Counted from the stretch's first letter, positions 24,530 through 37,885 are shown. The stretch: 64,000 nt of DNA from Selaginella moellendorffii (GCF_000143415.4 NW_003314286.1:1363718-1427717); one strand, 5' to 3'. Notes: generated by a model not told the origin, from the sequence alone. Program-made: numbers and translations.

Positions 24530-25796
24530 TCATGCCTTCTTGACGCGGCCATTTGTGGAGGCCTTTCCTCCTCCGCGTCTCAGGAACTCGAGGATGTGAG
24601 TGTTGAATTGGTGTGCTTGCTCAATCTGGACGGCGTGCGACGCTTTCTTGAGAATAACCAGCTTGGATTTGTCACCCAGATGGCTGCAACAACAACAACA
24701 ACAACAACAACAAAAGAGAAAAAAATAAAGAGCGATGGACTCGAGCTCTGAAAAACGAAAAGCTTGCTACCTTTTCACTTTGTGCGCAAGCGCAACAGGA
24801 AAAATCTGGTCGTGCTCTCCCCAAATTATCAAAGATTCCTTCCAAGAGAGAAAATGACACACAGCGCTGTCAGCCCGTCTCGATCGACAGCGAGCAAATG
24901 AAAGTTCACTTACCTGCGTGAGAACCGGCAGAGGCGTTGGATCCTCCTGCTGATCAACACCCAGCTGCAAGCCTTGGAGCAACTCCACTTTCTCCTCCCG
25001 CCTCTCGATGTACAGCAGCTGGAAACAAACAACAAGAACACATTAAATGGAGAAACAACCAACGAACAACACAAAAACCGCATGAACAAAGACAGAGACA
25101 GAGTGAGAGAAAAAAAAAAGCTTAAACCATGGAAAGAGATCGCAGGCTACTCACATTGATGTAATCTTCAAGGACGCAGTCGAGGAGGCACGACGACGGC
25201 CTGTAGAAGGACAACTTAATGAGCTTGCGGAGCTCGTCGGGAGTGGTCGGCAGCAAAAAGTCGGACACGGCCTCCACTTTGGCCGTCTTGGTGATGGAGT
25301 CCACGTCCAGCGGAGTCATACAAACTCCGGAGCTCGCGATCACCACCCTCTCCACGGCCTGAGGAAAAAGATGAGCCATCCGGAAGGCCACAAACCCTCC
25401 GTAGCTCACACCGACAACGTCGAACCTGTGCACTCCCAGCGCCTCCATGACGTTCATCAAGCTCTTGGCCTGGTACACCTCCGACCTGTTGGGACTGGTG
25501 GTGGTCGACTCCCCGAAAAAGATCAAGTTTGGGATGTAGAGCTCCATCTCCGACCCCAGCTCCTTGAGTTGCGAGGACCACTGCCACATTGCATTGGCTC
25601 CAAAGCCGTGGATCAGCAGCACCGCGCGCTTGGAGCTGCCGCTGCTAGAGGATTTTTTCCGCTTGGGAACCCAGCACTGGATCACTGTGGTGTTGTCCGC
25701 TTGGATCGATCTTAATTCCAGACCCGCGGACACGAACTTGGAGTGAAGGCGCTTGCTTGCGAGCGTTGTGATGCTGAAGCAGCCGCAACCCCCCAT
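24530..25796 (-). CDS. Alpha/beta-hydrolase fold protein (4 exons)
   Basis: LLIHGFG, GVSYGG nucleophile elbow, IIWGEHDQIFP, ASHAVQIE. Confidence 0.88.
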
Positions 25797-26242
25797 TGTT
25801 GAGGTCCAGGCCGGCGAGGTTCTCTAGCGCAGAGGAAAAGATCACAAAATCATTAGCACGAATGGAAGAGAGAGAGAGCACAAAGCTTACCTTTCGAGCA
25901 GGAGCCTTAATAAAACTCCACACTGAGCGAGCTTCTTTGAGTGTATCCCAGTACCGGCACCTAACTTGTTAGAAACAGCTCGAAAGGAAGTAGTGGAGAG
26001 AAGCAAAAAACATATATAGTGAGCGCTTTTGCAGGGTGAGCAGAAAACCAGAGAATGGCCTCGTGGCTCGGACCCCGAAAAGTATGAAAGGGAAATGGTT
26101 ACTACTGTTGAGGTATCCAAAGTTTTACGAAAAAGATTGGACTTACTTCAGTGGAAAAAAAAGTGTCAGCGAGTGTGTTCTTATGGCGGAGATGATCATC
26201 TCCTCCAGGTTAGTTCTACGTAGTGATGTTTCAAACTAAAGT

Positions 26243-28072
26243 TTAGTCTCTAGCTGTTGCTGCTGGCGATGCCGCTGCTCTTCGAGGCTCTCTGGATGGG
26301 CTGCAGAGCAGTGTCAGTTCAGAACAAATAGAAAAAGAAAAGAACATTACCTGCGGGAGGAGCTCTTCTTGCGGCCATTCTTTTCAGGAGAAGCTGAACG
26401 AGAATCCGCACGTCGTCCCCTTGGCGAAGACCACGATTCACTTGGACTGTGGCGAGGGCTTCGATAACGAGCAGGACTTGGAGAAGAGTAGCGAGACCTT
26501 CCATGGCGATCGCTATCATACCTTCGAAAGCCAGAAAACGATTAGCTCATGTATACATTTCTGAATCTGTGCCACCACTACCTCGAGGACCGATAACGTC
26601 TTCCTGGTGAGTACGATCTCGATCGAGCTGTAAGAAAGACAAAAACAAAACAACTTCAGTGCTACCTAGGAGAAGAAGAAACAAACAAAACGCTTACATC
26701 TAAACCGCCGAGGAGAATGTCTGTAATAGCCACCACCTCCATACCGACTTCCCCAGCCACTGCTACTTTAGACACAGCTTAGACAAGGAAAGACATGATC
26801 AAATACTGACCTGACTCTGCTCTTCATTCGCATCTCCGATGGCTTCTTGCGGTTTTCTTCGGCAAAAACTACGGTGATTTCACGACCGCCGAGAACTTGT
26901 CGATCCATATGATGCTTTGCCCGCGCTGCGTCCTCAGGGTTCATGTACTGCACGAAGCCAAATCCTCGAGGCTCACTGCAAAAGGGAAACGAAGAACAAC
27001 GCGATGTCAGTACTAAGAAATGCTACACTATATAACGTCAAGCCGCCAAAGCAGGCAACACACAACGAGCTCCCACAACAAATTAGCATACCTTATGTGA
27101 TCTTTAAGTTTGAACTTTTTCTCTTCAAAGGTAAAGGCAAAAACACTTCAAAGGGGCAAGCATCTTCTCTTCGATCGGCCCCAGGCTCTAGGAAAAACCA
27201 TTCCTTCATTCCTTCATATACCATCTTCAAAAGACGGCTACGGTTCTTTCACAGGCTGCAAGCTTTTGTTTCTTTTTTTCGGTTTTGTTTCCTTGGGCTT
27301 GAAAACTACAAGGTTGTCAGGTCATTGATCATCATCTTCAAACTTCTTCCCCTGTGCCACATTCATGGCGTCCTATCAAGTTAAAAAAAAAAAAACGAAA
27401 GAAAACAATACACGTCCCACGAGCAAGAACTGCGATTCTTGCACTGTGCAGCAGCCATACCAATGGCATTGAGCGTAGAAAACAAAAGCAGATATAGAAA
27501 CGACACAAGAAAGGCATCAAAACTCCCATCGGCTCAGCTCAACTCAGTTGAAGCACGCAAGCAACGCAAAAGAATGAACTACCTTCGTCGCCATGAAAAA
27601 GAAAAAAAAACTGGAAAGGATGACGCTCGTAGGCGCGGAGAAAAAAAGAACACCGCATTCCACTTACCCGGTGTAGAAATCCTTGGGCAAATACACGTCC
27701 TTGATGTGTCCAAACTGCTCAAAGGGGCCGCGAACGTCCTCTGGCCTGTGACAGCCACAAAGCTCAGAATTGGCCACCAAAGCAATGCCAAGAACACCAC
27801 AAACCAAAAGCTAAAGCCAAGAAGCAAAAGCAAAGACAGAGAAAGAAATTGAGAATGCACCTCGCCGATCGCGAGATATTCCTGACGAGCAGGCTGCAAG
27901 GCGGAGTCGGGACGCGGCGCCGATCGTCGTGACCTCCTCCTCGGCGCTTGCGACTGGCAGGCGGACTCCAGCTCCGGCTCTCGCTGCGGCTGCGGCTCCG
28001 GCTCCAGCTCTTCCTCGGGCTGTAGCTGCGACTCCGGCTCCGGCTCTTGCTCTTGCTCTTGCTCCTCGCCAT
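26243..28072 (-). CDS. SC35-like SR splicing factor (SCL subfamily), 7 exons with a long intron inside the RRM
   Basis: N-terminal RS/SP region, SLLVRN, KDVYLPKDFYTG|EPRGFGFVQY, ITVVFAEENRKKP, C-terminal RS domain. Confidence 0.92.
27092..27372 (-). other. Putative GAAG-rich poison cassette exon in the SCL RRM intron
   Basis: Preceded by a poly-T tract and TAG acceptor (27373-27374), ends at AAG|GTATGC. Inclusion gives GG|G ACG CCA TGA. Many GAAG motifs. Confidence 0.65.
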
Positions 28073-28450
28073 CGCTTTCTTCTTCTTTCCTCCAATTCTG
28101 CCCTAACTTTGCAGTTTAAAGTTTCTGTTAGTTAGTCGACAATGCCGTACGGCGGAGCGTGGGCCGTACGGATGGGGCGAGGATCTGGATGGGTCACATG
28201 ATGTTCTGTGGCACCTGAGTGGATCCAGAGATAAAAATCGGTGCGTGATAGCGAAAAAGTGGAGTTGCAATTCATTCTTCACAAAGCCCCCACTTTTGCT
28301 TGCCTTTCTTTTTGGGTACTCTGTTCGTTGGAGCTCGCAAATCTCTAGCTGGAAAGCCTCTTTTGCCGATCGATTCCATCGCAGCCCACCTCGATTCTTG
28401 CCAAATTGCCGCCGCCCACAGCGGTTTAGTCCCTCCTCGACCCACATTGG

Positions 28451-29362
28451 ATGTCTATGGGGGCCAGCAAGCAGGAAAGAGGCAATGCAGCGGTGTGGGC
28501 GATAGCGATGGCGATTCTCCTCGCCAGGGCTGCCATTGCTTCAGCGTACATGATCTACCGGGTGGGCGACGACGATGGATGGACCGCCAACGCCCCCGGG
28601 ATCGATTACACCAAGTGGGCATCCCAGAAGGCCTTCCAAGTCGGGGACATGCTAGGTGAGTAGAGCTTTCCATCCTTGTAGACCTATGGTGTTCTTGGAT
28701 ATAGTTTGATCGATCTATGGTTGCATTCCTTCTCCAGTGTGATTGTTCCTGGGGTCGATGGTGGTTTTGGTCGATCTTTCGACCAAGTTTTGGTGTTCTT
28801 GAGAGCAATCTTGTCACTTATTCACGATTTCTTCTCGTTGTTCTTGGATCCAGTCTTCGCCTACTCTGGCGCGAATCACACGGTGCTCCAGACGAGCAGC
28901 CAGGACGCATTCGACGCTTGCAACACCGGGGTGGAGGACGCCAAGATCTGGTCCGCCGATGGCTCCTCCTCCTCCAACGTAATGCTCACCACCCCGGGAA
29001 GAACATACTTCCTCTGCACAGCAGACGACGGCGGCCACTGCCGCGCCGGGATGAAATTCGGGATCGATGTCACTGGCACCGCCCCCTCCGCTGGATCCGA
29101 TGGCCTCGTCGCTCCAACCGGATCGCCCCCCGTCGATAGCTCCTGGAACTCGCCAGGTCCCGTCACCGATTTCTCGCCGCCCTTCCTCACTCCGGATCCA
29201 TCCAGTTCTTCCTCCACCGGCAGCTCGATTGCTCCGCCAGGATCAATCACCACTCCATCGGAGAACTCGAATTCGCCACTCTATTCTCGCGCCACCCCCA
29301 CCAGGATGATTGGCGATGGATTTGCGGTGGTGATCCTTGTCTTTGCTGCCATGCTGCTGTGA
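28451..29362 (+). CDS. Phytocyanin (uclacyanin/mavicyanin-like blue copper protein) with a Pro/Ser-rich tail and likely GPI signal
   Basis: YRVGDDDGW...YTKWAS.K.FQVGD.L|VF.Y...HTV...C...YFLC....GHCRAGMK gives His/Cys/His/Met copper ligands. Hydrophobic C-terminus. Confidence 0.9.
28470..28490 (+). promoter_or_regulatory. Candidate miR408 target site
   Basis: AGCAGGAAAGAGGCAATGCAG versus the miR408 complement GCCAGGGAAGAGGCAGTGCAT (16/21 match; miRNA sequence recalled from memory). Confidence 0.55.
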
Positions 29363-29696
29363 TCTTGTCAGATCCATCGTCTTAATCGATGCTGGATGCG
29401 AGTGACTCGGCTCGCTTGAGATCAATCTAAACACTTCCATCGAATCAATCGCTCGGCTCTTCATTGTTCTAAGCGATGGTGCCGCGATTCCGGCCGGATA
29501 AGCGCGCGGGGGCGCAAGGATTTGGATCCAAATCTTCCTTGTCTCGACTTGAGCTTGGAACGATCACGGAGGGCGGCTCTTTTCTGGACGCTGCGAACAT
29601 GCCATGCCCCTCGCTTCGTCAAATCCGCCGCGACCAGGCTTTAAGATCGATCCGTCTATCTCTCCTGTGTTGCATTCCATCTGAGATCGTGGCGCC

Positions 29697-31082
29697 ATGG
29701 CTGCCCCAGTCCCCGGCCTCGAGCAAATCCTAGAAGAACCACAGACTTACGACCACGTCCGCCACAAGATCCATGGCCTTCGACTCTCCAACGCTCGCGC
29801 ACTCGCCAGCTCCTCCAGATCCAGCGCCACCGAGGACGTAGGAACCCTAATCCCCAAGCTCCCCGACTCGGTAGCGCTCCACTGCCTGGCTAGGGTTCCT
29901 CGATCCGCGCTGCCACTGCTGCGCTGCGTGTGCCGGAGCTGGAATCGCGCGCTGTCCACCAACACCCGCGACATCGCGAGCGTGCGCCGCGAGATTGGCA
30001 CCGCGGAGCCCTGGATCTACTTGTCCTTCTCCCCGCGCGGCGATTGCATCCAGAGCCAGCGATCTAGCAACTACTTCACCGCCTTCGATCCGGGCAGCAA
30101 CCAGTGGCACAGCGTGGGATGGCTTCCCGGCCTGGAGCGATTGGAGGTGCTCAAGGGCTATGGCTGCGTGGGACTGGGGGGGAAGCTCTACGTTCTTGGA
30201 GGAACGCTGTGCATCAAGGAGAGGGATTTTGGCGGCGGCTGCCACAGGGATCTCCGCGTGAGGAGCGAGGTGCTGGCCTACGATTGCATCGGCGGGCGGT
30301 GGAAGCAGTGCGCGAGCATGCGCAAGGCGCGAGTGGATTTCGCGTGTAGCGTCTCCGGCGGGCGGGTTTTCGTGGCGGGCGGGCGCGGGCGGCTGGATCA
30401 CGAGAACGCGGCGGCTATGGCGAGCGCGGAGGTGTACATCCCGGAGCTGGATCGATGGGAGGAGCTCCCAGACATGAGCATCACCAGGTAAAGATCAAGA
30501 GTTCTTGAGGATTTTAGGTGGGAAAGTTTCTTCGAATTTTAGGGTTCTTACCTTTCCTCCAGGTACAAATGCGTCGGCGTGACGCTCAAGGGGAAATTCT
30601 TCGTCATCGGCGGCTACACGATCGAGACGCTCCATCGCAGCTCGGTAGAGATCTACGACCCCAGCGAGCGGCGGTGGGAGCGGCGGCCAGGGATGTGGGC
30701 GCTCGACATCCCGCCCTACGAGGTCGTGGAGCTCCAGGGCAAGCTCTACCGATCCGGCGACCAGCTCAATCACTGGCGAGGCTCGATCGATGTGTACGAC
30801 GAGCGGCTCAAGATGTGGAAAACGATCCGGGGCTCCAACCGGCGGCTCGGGGAGGATCTCCAGTGCACGGTGCGGCGCTATGTGACCATGGCGGGGATTG
30901 ATAGCTATCTCCTCTTCTTTGGCGGGCATTGCCGGGTTGGGGATCGCAGCGGAGATCACAGGCCCTTTTGCCTCGAGACAGTGGATGCATTCCAGGCGCC
31001 GGTTGGGCGGTGGTGTGGTCTCGATCCATTCCGGAGTAGCTGCCGGGAGCTCTGTAGCTCCTGCTGCGTCGTCACCGCTTGA
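29697..31082 (+). CDS. F-box/kelch-repeat protein (2 exons)
   Basis: LIPKLPDSVALHCLARVP F-box, plus kelch GG/Y/W repeats (LYVLGG, VFVAGG, FFVIGG). Confidence 0.92.
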
Positions 31083-31236
31083 GGAAGAGCTAGATCTTCT
31101 CTCCTGATCTGGTATGCTGAGATTATTTTTTTCTCCCTTAGTTCTTTGTTGTCGTGTACAGTATTCCTTTTCTAGTTGCTTCCTTCGATTGTTAAGACAT
31201 TTATTTGCTCAACTGTTTAAAACATAGGTTTCATTT

Positions 31237-32418
31237 CTATTTGAGTTTGCAGTGCTTGGGAACTCTCCACTCAACCTTCTCGTGCGCGAGCTTGTACCTT
31301 TTCCAATCTTCGCGTAGCAACGTCAGGTCCTGAAGCTTCTTCTGGAGGCCTACACAGCAATTGGCATGCACGGTGCTCACCTTGTCAAAGTTCTTCACGG
31401 GAGCGCAGAAGCCTTCGAAGTATTGAGTTGGAAGGAATCGGACTTTGAGGCCCAGATCTTGGAAGGTTTTCGTGCCTTTGATCGCCTTGAACACGTCCTG
31501 ATCGTGCCTTCCAGGGAATGTCTCGTGCGAGTCGTACCAGAATTTGTACAGCCGGATGGTCCGCTGGTTGGAGCGAGCGTGGAAGAAGCCTGTGTTGGGG
31601 GCATTGTTCATGTCACTCGCATTCCCGAAGAAGTAGTCGCAGGATAGCTCCAGATCTGCATCAGGCGTGAAATGCTGGAACGGATCTCGGAACCACATCA
31701 CGTCTCCATCCTGAATGGAATGGATCAACTTAGAGTCAGCGGTTTGAATGCGAATGACCAACCGTGAAGATGAAGCTGAACCCCATCCGCAAGACGATTC
31801 CCATGAGCATGATCTTCTCCCTGGTCATCTTGAGGTAGTCTTTGCTCATGAACTGCTTCTCCTGCGCTGAGAAATCGACACCTTTGCTCGTCATCTGGAA
31901 GCAGTGGCCGTGGATCGCCAGGCAGCGCTTGTGCGAAGGCTCATCCATGGCGATTATTACTACGTGCTGCAAGAGCCAGCTGATCCTGTTTCCGTCGCGG
32001 AAACTCTCCAGGAAATGATCCAGCATGCTCCCGCTGGAGGCCCAAGCCTGATTCAGCGTGGTGAGAATGATCCTCTTCTCGTTGGGCAAGCTTGCAGCCT
32101 TCAGGATCTTGTCAAACGCTTCAAGCTCCTCGACAGTCTGAACGAAACGATGTCCAAGTCAGTTCAGATAAAACTCGATATAACGGCTGAACTTACAAAG
32201 GAAGTGGTCGCTGCAATTGCTGCCAAGGAGCCACGATCAACAGCAAGATCGATGTCAAGATCAAGATGGCTAGAACAATGCATTTGCTGCAATGAACTCC
32301 ACAAGAAGACGAATGCAACTAGGAGACCAACCAAGCATACAATTGAAACCGGATACTTTGCTAAGGCGCCCATAGCTAAAGCGTTCAGTTTCATTACTGT
32401 ACTTGCTGCCATGATCAT
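31237..32418 (-). CDS. Nucleotide-diphospho-sugar transferase family (GT77-like) type II membrane protein, 3 exons
   Basis: N-terminal TM segment, IILTTLNQAW...LDHFLESF, FIFT|DGDVMWFRDPF, NTGFF, HDQDVF, HANCCVGL..KL.DL. Confidence 0.85.
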
Positions 32419-33353
32419 GCTCTCAGCGTCAACCGTGACAAACGTGAACCTTCAACCTTACTCGATCGAACAAAGTCAAACCATCTCACCAGATTATTGC
32501 AAGTTATTCGTAGTTCTGCGGACACGTGACTTATCCAGAATATATGACGAGTTCAAACTTGCTAATCAGATCCGATTCATCAGTTGGTGATCCGCTGAAG
32601 AGCAATGTCCGAGCTTCGCCTGAGGCAGCGAGGAAATCTCTAGCACCTCCGACAATGGGAATTCTGCCGGTGGATGTCTGTCCGAGAAGGCTGATCGACC
32701 GTCAATCGTTGTGCCATTGAACAACAAACTGGAGATAGGCAACGGCGCCACTCCTGGAACGCAGCTTGCTATTTTATTGCCACGGTGTTGTGGCCAACAC
32801 AACTGGAAGGCCAATCACTGCTGTGGTTTACTTGGCAGTCCAGTTATGACCAGTTCCTCTGGTTCTGCAATAGTCATCTACAACAAGTGCACCACCAAAC
32901 TATGACGATCCCAGTTCTGCAGAAATCGCGGGACTCTCATCACAGTTGACCTCAAGGCAAAAGCTTACATTAGCATAAGAAAGAAAAAGATATTAACCAT
33001 TAGTATCCAAGCATATCCTAAATATACAAGTTTGATTAAGTATCAATTGTATTGCCTCCACGTCACCACTGGTTATTTGATGAATGCGCTCGTTTTTTAT
33101 TTTCAAAGTTCATCCTTAGTTTTCTAAGGGGAATTCGAATCAAGAGTGTTAAAGTCGATGGACTCTTCACTGATTTGCAGGGAGCTTGGACAGGCATCAG
33201 GAGAGGAGCTCCTTAGAGTAGCCAAACGGTCTCAGTAACATAACGTTTCAATACTCGCATTTAACTTTTGAAAACACTTGGATCCACACGCTTGTGGATG
33301 TGAAGATACAGAAGATCAAACAAACTAAAGATCAGACAAAGCTTTAAAACTTC

Positions 33354-34230
33354 TCAGTACATGGCATTGGGTGCCTTGAAACTCATGCTCCCAGGGAGAG
33401 AATCTGTGCCCATATTGCGCTTGGATCCAACACTTGCATGAACAATTCCTCCATTTTTTTCTATTTTCTTATAGACGTCAGAGTTTCCTGGGTTTCGTAT
33501 GTCTTCAACAGCGGTTACAAAACTCCGAGAAGATCTACGTGCAACACAAAAGTTAATCAGTCAAGCATGAAATTCTAAACCTATACGCTATATTACCTTT
33601 GAAGAAACAGTTTCTTCCATCCTTTGTAACCCGCGTCTCGCAAGTTCTTCTCCGTGACTGCGCGCTGCGACTCGGTTCGCCGCTGGGACATCAAATACAC
33701 TGTCCAGTGCGCGTCGATGAGCTTCCAGTAGAGTGTTCTCATTGACACGATCGCTGTGGCCTTGCCTTGGGCGACCCAGATGTTAAAGTCTGTTTGATTG
33801 AACAAGGAAGCTCTACAAACGCGAAACGACAAGCTTGTGAAGAAGACTAGCTTAAAGCGTACCCATAGTTGTGCTTGGCGAAGTAAGCAGCGTTGGAGAG
33901 CAAAGTCTCGTCCACCTCGAAAACCCAGCTATCGCGGCCATGCCCTCGAACACTTATGCTTTGGGAGAATCTGGTGGCCTGGTAAGCCACAAAACTCATG
34001 TCCTCCAAGTATCGAGGACCAGTTGTGTAGCGACGAACATAAGCCACGCATTCGACTGGAAGAGTCCAGTCTAGGATGTTTCCAGCCTCGGCATTGAGAT
34101 GGAAACTTTGGCAGTAGTCATGGACACTCTCGCCCGGGAGTCTGGGAGGGAGATCAAAGCAGTGGGAGAAGGTCGATGCTAGTATCATAAACAAGGACAA
34201 GAAGCACAATGGATTCTTCGACTTGATCAT
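33354..34230 (-). CDS. HAD class IIIB acid phosphatase/VSP-like protein with degenerate catalytic motifs
   Basis: Signal peptide, YC.SF.LNAEAGN, WVFEVDETLLSN, T.KNL..AGY..W..L, FK.PN.MY. Three exons, intact frame. Confidence 0.85.
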
Positions 34231-34715
34231 CTTGCAATCAGCAGGGAGAACAGGAGGATGGAACGCAGCAAGATGATGGACAGACTTGTTGCATATATTT
34301 ATATGTCTTCAAGCTTTTGTCTCATCATTTCAAGTCTCAAAGCTGCAATTCGTTGTGTTGCCAGCTCTGTATATTTGGACTGTAAACAGGAGAGGCGTGC
34401 TTGCTACGTAAAGTAAAAGAGGAATGTATTTTTGTCTTTGCAGAGAAATTTTCCAGGTGTTTTGCCAGAAAACATTTTAGAGAATATACACTCAGGAAAA
34501 CATACGGGTCGCTATATCTTTGCGTAGACACTACGCCCACCGTGTATATGCAGCCTTGTAGTGGTTTCCAAACAACTTTGCCAGCTTACTATTGCGCACT
34601 CGCGAAAATGACCCAAGAAGTGTCATAACATTATATAAGTGTGTGTGTAGCCACTGAAAATTATCCAAACTTTTGCCTTGAATTCTGTATGCTTGCATAC
34701 TAACTTCTTTGCAAA

Positions 34716-35590
34716 ATGGTTGTTTCGATTATCTTGTGTTCTTTGCTATTTTCTGCAATGAGCTCTTTGAATTCCCAGTGCTTTGAGCCTCCTCCCAGGC
34801 TCCCGGGCCAGAAGATCGAGGAATACTGCGAGAGTTTTCAGATCAATGCCGAGGCTGGGAACATCCGGGAGTGGACGCTTCCCATTGAATGCGTGGGTTT
34901 CGTTCGTCGCTACACAACTGGTCCTCGATACTTGCAGGACTTGAGTTTCATGGCGGATCAAGCTACGAAGCACGCCCAAAGCATCAAAGTTCGTGACGAT
35001 GGCCGGGACAGCTGGGTGTTTGATGTGGACGAGACTTTGCTATCCAATGTTGCTTACTTTGCCAAACACAACTACGGGTACGTGTATTCATTTATTAGAG
35101 ATATTTATAGCTTTTTGATTGGATCTATTCGACTAGAGCTTCCAAGTTCAACCAGACCGACTTTAGCATCTGGATAGAAAAAGGCAAGGCCACAGCGATC
35201 GTGCCAATGAGAACACTCTATCATAAGCTCATCAAAGCAAAGTGGACTGTTTACTTGATGTCTCAGCAGCGAAATGAGTCGCAGCGTGCAATCACCGAGA
35301 AGAACTTGCGAGATGTGGGCTACAGAAGATGGAAGAAACTATTTCTAAGGTGAGGTTTATACAACTTTGCACCTGCCTTACAAAAATCATTAATCAGTGC
35401 ACCTCGGAGGCTAAACGTGGTTGAAGACATAAACACAGCAGGAAACTCTAAATGGTATGGAGAAATTAAATCTTCTGGTGGACGGATTCAAGCTACAGTT
35501 GGAGACAACTGGGATACGGACTTTGATCCAAATCCTTTCCCTGGAAGCATGGCGTTTAAATCACCCAATGCCATGTACAACATGGCCTAG
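34716..35590 (+). CDS. HAD class IIIB acid phosphatase/VSP-like protein (inverted paralog)
   Basis: WVFDVDETLLSN, VGDNWD, FKSPNAMY. Same exon structure as the 33354-34230 gene. Confidence 0.85.
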
Positions 35591-35728
35591 ATCATGTTAA
35601 CGAGAAATATTTACTGTTTCTTGCAAGTGACAATGGGCACTGAATTTCAAAAGCTTGAAACTGAAGAAGAATGTGAAAGTCGGGTGTTGCAGTGGTAACT
35701 TTGGTGACAACAAGGAATTGTTTCTTAG

Positions 35729-36790
35729 TCATGCCAAAGCCTCTTTGCCTCCGAACGATGAACGCAAGGCCGGCCGTTGACTCCAGCACTTCTGTATGAG
35801 ATTTCTCAGCGAGATTGAGCACTCTAGAGGGAACTCAGGCCGCTTGTGCAGCATGTACGCGAGATTTGCATCATAACCAGCGCTTCCTGTAAAAACACGG
35901 TAGCAAACCATGCCAAAGCTGTAAACGTCGGCTTTTCTCGAGTAGCCTGTGGAGCCCGTGTCATTAACTTCAGGAGCCATGTAGCCGAGAGTTCCAGATC
36001 TCGAGCCGTCAGATTCTTTCTTCCCATCGCAAAATCTGTTCTCGCCAGACATCTTGACGATCGCTGGCGAGCCGTCTAGATCTCCATGTCGACGATCGTG
36101 ATGCAGCTCTACCAGAATGTCTTGGGCTTGAGATCCCGATGAAACACTTCTTTAGCGTGCAAGAATTTCATTCCATCTGTAGCATGGAGTAGATCTGATC
36201 CTTTGGAGTCAAGCTCTGCCCGTGCTGGTGCATGAAAGTTTCGAAGTCCATGTGCATTCCATCACGATGTGTGCACTTCGGAGTCTCGCTGAATCCTACC
36301 ATTCGATTTATGTTGGGATGCTTGATAGTTGCCAGTGCTTTCATCTGCTTTCATCCCTGTGAAAGCTTGGATCAAACTGCTTAAAGATCTTCACTGCAAA
36401 CTTACATCCAAGCCACTTAGCCGAGTACACACGTCCATACATAGCTCCCTTCTTGACGAGTTTCCCCAGTTTCAGCTGGTTGAAATTGACGACGCGACGA
36501 GATCCTCAAGTGTGCCACGGTTTAGAACTTTAGCTTGTCTTGGAAACCACGATACTTTGATCTTAACGGGCTGTGCTCGCCTGTTAACTCGATCTGGCGG
36601 TTGGGAGCCGTCAGATGAGTCAGGTCCTCTGCGAGAATGTGGCTGTTCCTTTAAGGGTCTCGCCCACGCGGGCCCGTTCTGGGCGGGAACATGCTCGCCC
36701 TACCTGGGATCCGGCGGCACTTTCCAGACTAGCAGCAAGTTCTTCGTTACCCTGAATCCCGTGGTCACCCATGGAAAATTTCAAAATTTC
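35729..36790 (-). pseudogene. Frameshifted protein kinase (TKL-like) pseudogene
   Basis: Fragments in different frames: LATIKHPNI, GMKFLHAKEVFHRDLKPK, GTLGYMAPEV, KADVYSFGMVC, LIQKCW...P.LR.SF. Confidence 0.7.
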
Positions 36791-37237
36791 TTTGACATCA
36801 TTCTTCGTTAATCAGCGTGTTTATCACCCAGTCTTTCTTCATTTGCAGTACCCCTCGTTGACTTGATGATTCATGTTTCAGGAGTGCAGCAGCTCGGATC
36901 AATCACAGCGTTTACAGCATGCCTGTCTCAAGGTTTCCAAATCCTCCAAGTGAATCCTGGGATCGTTAGTTTGGATTCTGCTTGTATATTTATGGCATAT
37001 TATACTTAAAGATTTTTTGTTAATATTTTTCGTTTATTAAATTAAAGTTAGTTTATGCCATTCAGATGACAATAACCGACACCCACAAAGAAAGAGCGTG
37101 GAGATGGTTGTGGCTGCCACCACCACCAACAATAACAAATGGCATGCCACAATTGCAGTGTACCCCCATTGCATTCGTGTCGCCTTGATGAGCACTTATA
37201 ATGCACAAGAATTTGAAAATGAGCTCCACTGAGAGCT

Positions 37238-37885
37238 TTGCGAAGCCAACCAAGTTTGCAAGAAAAACGGAAAAGTCTGGGTAGGAGATGTCTGTCTTGG
37301 TTCACTCCCAATGGACATCGTCTCATCCTCATTTGGAGAACCAGCACCTCGGTCATTTGTCACAGCTTGGAAACCAGCAAAAGAGAGCCTCAAATCGATC
37401 TAGCAGACATCACCAACACACTAGTTAATATGTTCTTCTCAAACTTTTGGGCCACGATCTGGTATTGGGCCACAAAAATCTTATGCAAGCTGAGTGGTTT
37501 CTCCAAGGGAAAAATTCTAGTGAACTGGAAACAAACTCTCTTTGGACAAGGACTTGAGGGAGAGGAATGGAAGAGTCGCCACACTGTTTATGTGTGGAAT
37601 TTGCTCAGGAGGACCATTTTAATTGAGATATGGTGGCTCTACAATCACTCTTTAGTGGAAGATACCAGCAAAGTGAGCACGAGATACCTTGTCCAGCAGA
37701 TCTGGTTAAGCTTGAGGTTCTATATACTACTTGAGTGGAGCCAAGTCGTCAAGGAAAAAGATGAAAAGCTGGCTAGAATTTTCAAAAGGAGGTGGCTTAC
37801 CAATGGGTTTGCCGGGATCAGGACGAGAAACTGGTTGCTGTGGATGTGGGAGGCACCACTCTTGATTTCCAGGCCCAACTTTTGA
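37238..37885 (+). mobile_element. Degenerate LINE (non-LTR) ORF2 C-terminal fragment
   Basis: Trp-rich pattern C...ET...FF....A.IW...WNLLRRTIL.EIW..YN...F..RW resembles the region after zf-RVT in plant L1-type ORF2. Confidence 0.45.

Noticed and set aside
29476-29733. Upstream overlapping ORF of the F-box/kelch gene
   Set aside because: No recognisable conserved peptide and no evidence that it is transcribed.
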